The position numbers were made by a program, and so were the translations under genes. A DNA stretch of 64,000 bases, taken from the sequence record MZ443780.1; one strand, given 5' to 3'. The notes under the pieces are model-generated. The model was given only the letters and a program-made list of their open reading frames with translations, had not been told where the DNA came from and made no database searches. Of this stretch, positions 19,659 through 29,000 are shown piece by piece (the first letter of the stretch is position 1; each line of letters begins with the position of its first letter).

Positions 19659-19917
19659 CTCTATCCTCTAAAACAAATTGTAGTGTGCCCTGTATATTTA
19701 CAGCATTCAGGCGCTTACCTGTCTGTGCAATCAGGCCATTCAACACGCCGATAAGATCAGCGCTGTAGCAGTTCTCAGCAATCTTGTGGACGTACATATC
19801 GTCAGGCACATCGCCTGGGTTAAGCTGCCAAGCAGTACGCAAGGCAGCTCCCATGAAGGCCGGACGCTCCACCAGATGCTTGTTCAAAAACGAACATACA
19901 TCTTCGGCAGTTATCAT
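19624..19917 (-). CDS. Hypothetical protein
   Basis: 97 aa, ATGA overlap with the polymerase stop. Confidence 0.5.
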   Translation of the reverse strand: MITAEDVCSFLNKHLVERPAFMGAALRTAWQLNPGDVPDDMYVHKIAENCYSADLIGVLNGLIAQTGKRLNAVNIQGTLQFVLEDRDEDLSITEEPR

Positions 19918-21215
19918 TTCTTCGTAATCCCCTTGAGCGCCAGTTTGAGCATCGACTTGCTGATTTTGATTTTCTTCTGAGGCGCAGCGCCACCAGCAGC
20001 GGCAGCCGCTTTCTTCGCTTTCTCCTCAGCTTCATACTTCTCGAACGTTTTAGTGTTCTCAGGAAGTTCAGCAAGCCACTCTTTGATGTTCTTCTTGTCT
20101 TTGTTGGTGAGAGGATTGACTTTGTCCATAGAACGAATTTTGATATCGTTCGCCCAAAGCTGTTTCTTCATCCACTCAGACATAAGATGGTACTGGTCTT
20201 CCATGATAGAGTCCAGCGTCTTATCGACGTCGAGGTCTGTCTCACCGAGTTCATCACGTTTAATCTCAAGGCCATCTTTGATGATCTTCTTGAGCTGCAC
20301 GTAAGAGAAGTTCCAGCTCTGCACATCTTTCTCGGACGCACCGATTTCAAAGTCGATTTCAGGCACGGACGTGAACTCAAACCCTGCATGACGTTTCTGT
20401 ACGACTTCGACCACTGCGCTGGTCATCGCACGTTCGATCATATCGAGCGCAAGGAAGATCCATTTGTAATCGCAGTCAACGGTCAAGGAGTCGTGTACCG
20501 ATACGTTCATGTCGAAGTCTGGGTACTCGCCATTTGCTTTGAAGTATTCGTACTTCATGCGGTCAAGAATACGAATCGCACTCATCATCAGGTCAGAACC
20601 AAAACCCTGAACTGGACTGTTTACCGCGCGACGATCACACGCAGCATGAACCATGTTGGCTTCTTTGTGTGACTCAGGCAGCATCAAGCCCCAGAGATGA
20701 CGACGACGACCAACAGGCGATTCAACAAAGAAGTTCTCATGTGCAAACTTCTTAATCTTGTCGAACCACTTCAAGCCAACAGGGAATCGCGTAAGGAACT
20801 TGCCTTTGATTTCTGCAATCTCAGACACTTCACGACCTGTAGACTTCGCAAGACCTTTATCACCCTGCTGATAAATCAAGCCGAAGATAACTGTCTTAAC
20901 CGCGTTACGTACGGACTTGGTTACGTCCATTACGTTTGGAATGCCGAAGAAGTATGCGGCGTTGATTTTGTGAACGTCACCCTCTGCTTCGACGCGGTGT
21001 TCGATCCACGGGTCAGGCACTGTACGATAGCGATGACGCAACGCACGACCCTGTTCGAATACGTCTGCAACACCCTGGTCACCAGAGATGATTGACCAAC
21101 CACGAACTTCGTGCGCTGAGTAGTCGACCTTGATAAGCAGGCGATTCTTACGCGCAATCAGAATACGTTTGATCAGTTTACCCATCTCACTACGCGACGG
21201 TACCTGCTGGAGATT
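19914..21215 (-). CDS. Family A DNA polymerase, exon 2 (polymerase domain)
   Basis: Frame extends upstream of the listed ATG to NLQQVPSRSE; motif A DYSAHEVR, motif B RNAVKTVIFGLIYQ, RRAVNSPVQG, motif C SVHDS. Confidence 0.92.
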   Translation of the reverse strand, partial: NLQQVPSRSEMGKLIKRILIARKNRLLIKVDYSAHEVRGWSIISGDQGVADVFEQGRALRHRYRTVPDPWIEHRVEAEGDVHKINAAYFFGIPNVMDVTKSVRNAVKTVIFGLIYQQGDKGLAKSTGREVSEIAEIKGKFLTRFPVGLKWFDKIKKFAHENFFVESPVGRRRHLWGLMLPESHKEANMVHAACDRRAVNSPVQGFGSDLMMSAIRILDRMKYEYFKANGEYPDFDMNVSVHDSLTVDCDYKWIFLALDMIERAMTSAVVEVVQKRHAGFEFTSVPEIDFEIGASEKDVQSWNFSYVQLKKIIKDGLEIKRDELGETDLDVDKTLDSIMEDQYHLMSEWMKKQLWANDIKIRSMDKVNPLTNKDKKNIKEWLAELPENTKTFEKYEAEEKAKKAAAAAGGAAPQKKIKISKSMLKLALKGITKK

Positions 21216-22435
21216 TTTGTGGTCTTAAAACGTGTTCGCAACACACGCCCTGATGATGCGAGTACCAACATTCCTCGTCTTACACACCACCACACCGTTT
21301 ACCGATGTGGAAGAGACTATATCAAGTCCGCTATTCAGTAATAGAAAACAAATGCTCACCTGAACCAATCATGCGTATTGTAGTTTTACCTTTCTTGATT
21401 TTCTTAATCTTCTGTTTCGGAAAATCATTTCTCGGTTTATCATCAATACCCAGCAGGTCACACACGTTGTTGTAATGAATCGCTGCGGCTTCTTCTGTAT
21501 CAAAGCGTCTACGACCATAAACAATTTTGTTGTGTCGCACTAAGCCTACCCACTTCTGACGACCTTTCTCAAAGAGAACACCAAAGTATTTCGATGCACC
21601 TTTTCGTTGTCCGCCAATCTTCTTGCCTGATGTAGGTTTATTATATACGTTCAAACCCATCTCTCTGGCGTGGAGAATATTACGTGAGTTACTGCACCAC
21701 TCTAGGTTATCAACACAGTTGTTTGTTTTGATACCATCAAGATGGTTTACCATCGGCTTTGTTTCAGGATGTTTGTTTTTCTTCCAAACAGTAGCAACTA
21801 CGCGATGCGCAAGAGGTCCGCGAATCCATAAAGATAAATAACCTTTTGGATGTTTACGTCCGATCGTCAGGCGCACTTCACCTTCGTCACTAACAATCAA
21901 GAACACACCTGTCTTATGGACAAAGATGTTCTCTCTATAGGACTTCCAACATTTAAAGTTGGTTAGTGAATACGCAGTGCTTACGTTTGGATGATCGTGA
22001 AGGAATTTAGGCGCCCATGCTTCGATATAGTGTTTCAGATATTTCGGCAAAGGATGCTGCTCTGCAACGAGCGCAATAGCACGGCCTTTCTTCACGGTCG
22101 TTTTTACTTTTTTCATATTTGCCTCATGGAACCTTTTGTCGATGATACATTTTAATTATCGTCAACAAGTCCCAAATGAGGTATTTCTGAAAATATTCTG
22201 AATAGACTTATTCTCTCGTCTGACGCGCTTGCATATCAGACTCAAACGAGAACTTAGGACGCTACCATTTCGCGTGACCATTTGCTTGTCACTCTACTCC
22301 CTCGCGGGATAGTCGTTAGGCTTTTAGTCGTTTCCGACATTTAGCACGGTAGGTTCTCCTTACACATTCGCTGCGTAAGGCTCTTCCCCGTTTAGGTAGC
22401 TTTCGACATGCAGTTTCCTACATGAAGCCCAATCT
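21216..22435 (-). mobile_element. Group I intron (td/SPO1-like IA2 type), 1220 nt, homing endonuclease ORF in the P8 loop
   Basis: P CTAAACGGGGAA (22384-95), Q CCGTGCTAAAT (22339-49), R CCTAACGACTAT (22309-20), S TTGATATAGTCT (about 21313-24); P3 GCTACC/GGTAGC; IGS AGATTGGG pairs with the ligated exons CCT|AATCT; splicing restores GRTSASDP|NLQQVP. Confidence 0.92.
21331..22116 (-). CDS. Intron-encoded HNH homing endonuclease with a C-terminal AP2-like domain
   Basis: [24 protein letters not shown] (HNH) and [26 protein letters not shown] (AP2-like). Confidence 0.85.
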   Translation of the reverse strand: MKKVKTTVKKGRAIALVAEQHPLPKYLKHYIEAWAPKFLHDHPNVSTAYSLTNFKCWKSYRENIFVHKTGVFLIVSDEGEVRLTIGRKHPKGYLSLWIRGPLAHRVVATVWKKNKHPETKPMVNHLDGIKTNNCVDNLEWCSNSRNILHAREMGLNVYNKPTSGKKIGGQRKGASKYFGVLFEKGRQKWVGLVRHNKIVYGRRRFDTEEAAAIHYNNVCDLLGIDDKPRNDFPKQKIKKIKKGKTTIRMIGSGEHLFSITE

Positions 22436-24307
22436 AGGATCACTAGCGCTTGTACGACCCGTTACAACGCCGAGATAACCGTACGTTGGTCGAATAGATC
22501 TGTCGTGTTTGAAGTCTTCTGACTCGCCCCAGAGTTTAAGCAGACTGTTAACGTAGGCGTTCTTGAGCTTGTACGCTTTTCCGAGCTTCGAGTAGAGAGC
22601 AACAAGCGGTATATCTGCATACGCCGCTTGGAAGTCTTTGTCGAGCTTGCCCGTCTTCTTACCGTTCTCACGTAACTGCTCCCCTTCTTTCAGAGGCTTG
22701 AGTTTCATTACATCGAAGAACAGGATTTGTTTATGCTCCGACTTCGACATATCGAACTTGGTGACCTCGACTTTGCCCATAAGACCCATCTTAGGAACAT
22801 TGTCGTCTTTGCAGATCATCTTGTTCGCAGCCTTAACTTCAGGGCTGTTCATGAACTCACGCTCTACGTTTCGAATCTCCTCGTTGATTGGGGAGTTCGG
22901 AAGGTTGAGCTTAAACAGGTAGTCGATATCAGCGCCAGCACCTGTTGTCTCAAGTATCGAGAACGCATGAATCTGGTCTGAGATTTGTTCACTGACCATA
23001 GACTCATACTTACCGTACTTGATATCGTTCGCTCGAAGCATCTGCTTCTCTGCAATGCGGAACGGCACAATAACGTCGAGTCCAGCATACTCTTGCACGT
23101 TTTCATCAAGGTCAACGTCTGCAATCGTCGCTCGCATCTCTTTACCGAACGATACTTCGTGATACACGGTACAACCGAACTGCATCGTCAGGTTCGCCAA
23201 GTTGTAGTAACCGTTACCGGTGACGTTCAACAACGACTTGGCGTTTTCATCAAAGGCAAACTCACCCGCCTGAATATCCCAAACGTTTGCTGCGTAACTA
23301 CGAATGCCGAAGTTAGAGCGCATTACGTTCAGGTCGAACTTCGCGTTGGTATAGATTTGATACTTGTTCGTGTTCTCCTCAAAGAAGTCACGGAACAGTT
23401 CTTTCACCTTACGCAGTTCTTTCGGACTGAATGGGCTGTCTCTGTGATAGACAGGTATGACATACGCTTTCTTACCGTTGTCCGATAACTGCACCGTCAG
23501 AATCTTGTTCTTGATACGGTTCAGGTTCTCGGTTTCGGTATCGACTGCAACCTTCTTGGAACGCTTCATACGCTTCAAGATTTTCTCAAGCTGCTTGACC
23601 TTCGTTACATACACGAGGTCCCAGTTACGCTTCTTACCGCACGTAACTTCGTCGATCTTATAGCGCATTCCCTTGTTCAGCCACGGCAACATCCAACGTG
23701 CCATGTAACCCAGAGTGTACGATGAACCTGCAATGTGCATCGGGTTCAACACTGTGTGGTAGCTGACGTTCGGTAGATGAATGAAGCTGTGCTTCTTCCC
23801 ATCGAACTTTAACTTCGTTGGGATTTCAACACCGTACCAGTGCTCGTAGTGCTCTTTCGAGAACTGGATCTTCTCGTTGTTCAACGCTTTGAACGGCGCT
23901 TTACCAAACGTCAGGACGTAATCAGGTTTATAGTCTACGATGATTTCTCGCAGACGATTGGCGAACGCGGCATCAGCATCTTCCTTGAACTGCTCACCCT
24001 TGTCATACGTCTTGAACATGTTATACGAGATAACAAGGAAGCTCCAGTCATCGAGAGTAGTCTTTGTCGGGAAGACGTCCTCAAGATACTGCATCTGGTT
24101 CAAGAACAACTCACCTTCTGTCGAGGTAAAGATTCTACCACTACGCAGGTCTTCTGTCGGCATATGATCAAGGACGAGTAGCGCTTTACCGCCTTTAGCG
24201 CTTTTGCTTACGCTTTTTAATAATCGAACACCGTCATAGGTCTGCATGTCTGCAAACTGCTCTGGCGGGTCGAAGTCGAGTGAAATAAACTTGGGTTTGT
24301 TCACCAT
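22436..24307 (-). CDS. Family A DNA polymerase, exon 1 (UDG-like domain, 3'-5' exonuclease, start of the polymerase domain)
   Basis: VAVDTET (ExoI), NAKFDL (ExoII), YAGLD (ExoIII); ends at VVTGRTSASDP. Predicted spliced product is 624+433 = 1057 aa. Confidence 0.9.
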
Positions 24308-24342
24308 CTAGTCCTATCAGTGCGTCACATATTGATGGCTGT

Positions 24343-24351
24343 TATTTACAG
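24343..24351 (-). promoter_or_regulatory. Motif A, CTGTAAATA (copy upstream of the DNA polymerase; others at 13855, 19695, 33536, 40881, 43421, 52563, 55652; variants at 55996 and 62456)
   Basis: Recurs mostly 22-39 nt upstream of start codons, often just after a terminator. Confidence 0.7.
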
Positions 24352-24363
24352 ATTCCGAAAAGC

Positions 24364-24390
24364 AAAAAGGGCAGCCGAAGCCACCCTTTT
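24364..24390 (-). terminator. Terminator of the repeated family
   Basis: AAAGGGTGGC-TTCG-GCTGCCCTTTTT. Confidence 0.85.
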
Positions 24391-24399
24391 GGATTAAAT

Positions 24400-25422
24400 T
24401 TACAGAGCTTTAACGGCGTCGTAGAACGCTGCGTAAGCATCGCTGTAGAGTGTAAAGTTGCCCAGCTGTTTGAATGCAGATTTAGGCAGATCGCTTGGAG
24501 CACCAGCAGTCGGATTGTACTTCGCAACAGTGAATGCACCCCGGCCACGAGCTTGCTTAATCTCACCAATCATGCCACCGGACGGACCAAGAACAATACC
24601 AATCTTCTTGGTTTCGCTCATGACGAAGATACAATCTTCTTCCCCGCCCATATTGGCAACAGAAGCAGTTACGCTCTTATTAGGCGCAGGCAGCTTCATC
24701 AGCTTGAATAGAGCCTTGACGTTTTCGCCTTCCCCACCACGCATGAGGGCGTTGTAGAGATTGTCATAGGACTCAGAGCGAGCCTGATTACGCGCAACAG
24801 TCTTAGCGCCAGGAGTGCCGCCAGTCTGTTTCTGATTCGGACTTTGCGTCCACGTCAGACCTTCATCCAGGCAGTTCTGGCCGGTCATCGCTTCCTGAAT
24901 GATCACACGCTTGTCTTTGCCTGTCTCAACATTCTTATCAGCTTCGGCCTTAGTTTTGTACGGGCCTTTGATGATAGTGTCGTTGGCGTGACGAGTGTGA
25001 TCGACAACGTACCACTTGTTGCGTTCGATCTTACCGTTCGCATCTACCGTTTTAGCACGTACCGGACGTGACGTTTTAGCAGGAGCGTCTTGTCGAATAG
25101 CTACAGGCTTGATCTTGATTGCACGAAGACCGTTGATTGTAGCCACCAGCGTTTTGGCTTTGTACAGGTTCTTCATCGCAGTGACAAGATTCTTGCCAGC
25201 AGCTTTCTTGGCCAGTGCGGTAGTAGCATCGGCATCGTTCAGCAGGTCGAGAACAGCGGCCAGCTTTGCAGTGTCCAGCTCTTTGATCTTAACCAGCTCA
25301 TCGATCTTCTTAACGATAAGTTTTGCGTTCTTACCGAAGAGAATCTCGGCATTAGCCAGTTGCTTTTTGTTAGCAGCGGAGATTGATACCACCGTGCCTG
25401 AATCAAGGGTAATGTCGAACAT
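24400..25422 (-). CDS. Lys/Ala-rich hypothetical protein, possible internal virion protein
   Basis: 340 aa, basic; VVSISAA near the N-terminus. Confidence 0.5.
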   Translation of the reverse strand: MFDITLDSGTVVSISAANKKQLANAEILFGKNAKLIVKKIDELVKIKELDTAKLAAVLDLLNDADATTALAKKAAGKNLVTAMKNLYKAKTLVATINGLRAIKIKPVAIRQDAPAKTSRPVRAKTVDANGKIERNKWYVVDHTRHANDTIIKGPYKTKAEADKNVETGKDKRVIIQEAMTGQNCLDEGLTWTQSPNQKQTGGTPGAKTVARNQARSESYDNLYNALMRGGEGENVKALFKLMKLPAPNKSVTASVANMGGEEDCIFVMSETKKIGIVLGPSGGMIGEIKQARGRGAFTVAKYNPTAGAPSDLPKSAFKQLGNFTLYSDAYAAFYDAVKAL

Positions 25423-25431
25423 TGTCGTTCC

Positions 25432-25977
25432 TTATCGTTTCTTGGTCCAGTTGTTCTGCGGCTTAGGCTGCTCGACAGTCTCAGGCGAAGTGTTCTCCTC
25501 AGAGATTTCTTCTTCCTCGTCTTCGTCTTCAACCTCATCAGCCGCAGGCTCAGGAGCCTGATTGGTATTGAGTACGGACGCTGCGATAGGTGCTTGTGCT
25601 ACAGTGTTTACAGTAGCGACAGGTTCAGCAGCAGCCGCTTCACGCGCTTTGGCGACTTCACCAACAGCGTGTTCGTGCACCTTATCAGTAGTAAGCAGAG
25701 CGCCTTTCTCTTTTAAAATAGCATCTGCTTTCTCTTGATCCCACTGGTCCCACAGGATATCAAGACCCTTGAATGCGTAGTTCATGCCTTTCGGCAGCTT
25801 GCCACGGCCATTGAAAGGCAGACCGTTTGAAGGAGTAGCTGGCTCGAACTCGTCCATCATCTCCCACTTACGTTTTGCTTCAATGCACTTCGGTCCCCAC
25901 ACACCATCACACTGACCGTCGTACAGACCGAGCAGAGTCATGATGACTTGGAGCTTCTGATAGAATTTGTTCAGCAT
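25432..25977 (-). CDS. Protein with an N-terminal peptidoglycan-binding-like domain and an acidic tail
   Basis: KLQVIMTLLGLYDGQCDGVWGPKC fits the PG_binding_1 pattern; C-terminal DEVEDEDEEEE. Confidence 0.6.
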   Translation of the reverse strand: MLNKFYQKLQVIMTLLGLYDGQCDGVWGPKCIEAKRKWEMMDEFEPATPSNGLPFNGRGKLPKGMNYAFKGLDILWDQWDQEKADAILKEKGALLTTDKVHEHAVGEVAKAREAAAAEPVATVNTVAQAPIAASVLNTNQAPEPAADEVEDEDEEEEISEENTSPETVEQPKPQNNWTKKR

Positions 25978-25993
25978 AGCGAGTCCTCTTACG

Positions 25994-26021
25994 AAAGGAG
26001 GGGCCGAAGCCCCTTACCTTT
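25994..26021 (-). terminator. Terminator after the SNF2 gene
   Basis: AAGG-TA-AGGGGC-TTCG-GCCCCT-CCTTT. Confidence 0.75.
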
Positions 26022-29000
26022 TAGACTGATTTGTTTTTCGACATGGTGAGTTTCAGCTTGTCGAGCGCAGTGGTCACACGTTTGATGTTCGTGATTGTGT
26101 AGCCAGCTTTCACGATCTTGTTGATGCGTGATTTCGCAGTAGCGACATTCTTCACGAACCCAATCCACATACCCGGCGCCTGGTCGAACGTACCGAACTT
26201 ACGAGTGTTCGGAATCTTCGTGCCAACAAAGCGTTTCATTTTCGGGTTGGTCTTGAGGTCAAACATGATACGCAGTCGATCTTCCATAACCATTGGGTAT
26301 GCCTTGATGTGGTTCTTATCAGAGGCAGACTTATGCTTAACGAGGAAGAACTTCGGCAACTGCTCTTGACCCTTCGTGGCCAGCTTAACGTTGAAGCCCA
26401 TGCGCGGCGTTGACTCGTCGAAGAAGTCCAGAACAAACTCCAGACGCTTCTCGGACATACGGTCGAACGACAGCTTTTTCTTGACCTCGATGAAGTCAAG
26501 CAGTGCTTCGAAGTCAGCGTAGTAGGCGCAGTCGTAATAGACGTAATCGCCGAACTCCACGAAGTCGAACTCTTTGAGCGCCTTAGCATCAGGGTCAGTT
26601 GCATCAGCGTACAGAGCAACGAATCCGTTGTACACTGTAGGCGTCAGCTCCAGAGCCATGTCACTACCAGTCGCCTCTGCCACGGCTTTCGCTCCAGGCT
26701 TCATGCGAGTAGTTGTGTTTGCCAGAGGAGGCAGGTCAGCGGCCTTACGACGGCGAACTTTCTTGGCAGCTTCTTCAACACCTTCGTTGATTGGCTTACC
26801 TTCTTCCTTGTTCTGCTTACGCTGGGCAACACGCGCAGCTTTACGCGCTTGCGCTTCGACCTTCTTCTCAGTCTCTTTGGTATCTGCTGTCTGCGTTTCG
26901 TCGAGAACGGTGTCTTCAACTTCAACACGGTTCGCTTCGGCATTAGCACGTTTGCGGTCTTTCTCATTCGCCCACGGCTTACGCTGTTCGAAGAAACGTT
27001 TCAGGTCAGCTTTATCCACCTTCGTTGCGATGTGAACTTTCGTCGCAGGAATAGAGACAGTCTCACCAGTTCCGGCCAGACGTACACGCACAGTGCTGAT
27101 TGGACTATCTGCACGGAGCTTACCGTCAACCATACGAGCAGTGACAGACACGATCAGACCGTTACCGTATTCAGTAACTACTGGCGCACGATTCAGAGAG
27201 TCTTTCAGATTCTCACCGCTTGCGAAGTTGCGGTTACGTGCCCAATCCAGAATACGCTCCAGACCCCAGCCATGACGATCAGGAATCTTCTGGTTCGCTA
27301 CAAACGGAGTCTGCTCCATCACGCGGAAGTCATTCAGAGCAGGCGTAGACGGCAGCGCTTGCATTGCTGCAACCGTTGTGCGACGCATCTCTTGGAACTC
27401 CTGCGATTCGATTTCGTTCAGATCACGTTTCGCCAAGAAGTACGGCTCGAAGTCTTTCATCGTGTTGTTATCAAGCAGGAGCGATGGGCTCATCTTGATA
27501 GGGTCCAGCTTATACTGGTCGAGTGCTTCGTAACGCTTGTTGCCCTTCTCATCGAAGCGCGTCTTCTCAAGCGTCTTCCACATCAGACGAGCGACCTTAC
27601 CAACTTCCAAGGTCTTGTTCGTCATTACCCAGTCGATGAAGACAACTTCACGAGCCATGTCGCCTGGCTTACCGTTCTCGTCCAGCTTCGCAGCAGCAAC
27701 GTCAGGACGGAAGATACGCGCAGTAGACTGATCGTATGTGCCCGGTGACCACGGAGTATCACAGCGGATGATACGGCTACCCATCTGCATGTTGTGGCCT
27801 TCGGAGATCGCTTGTTCGTTCGCAATCAGAATCTGAACGTTCGGGTCAGTTTTGAATGCGTCGAGGTTAGCGTCTTTGTTCTGGCCGAGCTTACCGACTT
27901 CACCATGATACACTACAGCGACTTTCTTATAGTTCGCTGGCAGCGCATTGTAGATCGCGTTTGCAGCACGGACGTAGCGCGTGAACACAATCAGTTTGCC
28001 CTGCACTTCCGGCTTCCAGTAGTCTGGATCATCCGGCGGCGGAGTCATTGAAGGCGGCAGGTCTTGACGCTGGAACTCTTCGGACTGCTTACGTGCCAGA
28101 TACTTCTGTCCGTTGTAGACAGCGATATCCAATTCACGAGGTTGCACACCCGGTTTCCATTCGAAGATCTGTTGCTCTTTAACCATAATGTCACGTTCAG
28201 GCTGCACTTCGAAGTGCTTCTTGATACGGTCGATAATGGTCAGCACTTTGGCCGAAACGAAGTTGTTAACGCCAGCAGCTTCAAACGTCAGACGAGCAAC
28301 GTCATCACCCATTGGGTCAGTCAGCATCATCTCCATACGCTGGAAGTACATGTTCAGGTCTGCGTTGCCTGCAAGCAGTGCGCCTAAATCATCGCCTTCT
28401 TCGATATCATCTTCGTCGATATCGGTCGCGTTCTCGTTGTCACCGCCACCAGTTTCATCGTCCTCGTCATCAGATGACTTAGACTTCTTGGCGTTTCGTG
28501 CGGCTTCGTCGAGTTTCTCCAGCACTTCTGCGTACATTGCGTTGTACACTTCTTGGTGCAGAGCAGAGTTCGGAACTGACGGGTCATCGATCTCAACCTG
28601 AATGAAGGTATCAATCGGGTTCGGCAGCATGAACGCCCAGTGCTTACGCTTGAACGAGATGAACGCTGTATGGTTTGCCATACGTGAGTGCGCACGACGA
28701 ATCATTTCGATATCGTCTTTCGCGCCGTCATATGCAACATCCAGTGAGTCACCGAACATCGCAGGCGTCATCAGTGCAGCCTGACCAACGATATCACGCA
28801 CACGGTCAGTTACCAGCGTACCAGTAGCGATACGAGCATAGCGAACAGACGGAGCAGTGAAGACCGCTTTGGTGTTGAAGTGAACCTGAGAGCCAGCCTG
28901 ACCGCCAGAGAAGTTCTTCACTTTGTGAGACTCATCGAGCAGCACGTAGCTGAAACGGAAGCGGTTAACGAACTCTACAGCACCACGCACACGAACACGC

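Noticed and set aside
21216-21224. Alternative 3' splice site after the nearest G (21224, ...UUAAG|ACCAC)
   Set aside because: It would add 8 nt, shift the frame to an early stop, lose the P10 register and fall inside the predicted P9.1 helix.
19914-24307. Two separate polymerase genes, or an intein, instead of an intron
   Set aside because: The interruption has stop codons, full group I core elements and an IGS matching the ligated exons; there is no Cys/Ser start or His-Asn end in frame.
24299-24307. Counting the polymerase N-terminus (KFISLDF) as a member of the VSLS tag family
   Set aside because: It lacks the second Ser, and the gene is in the motif A class; likely coincidence.
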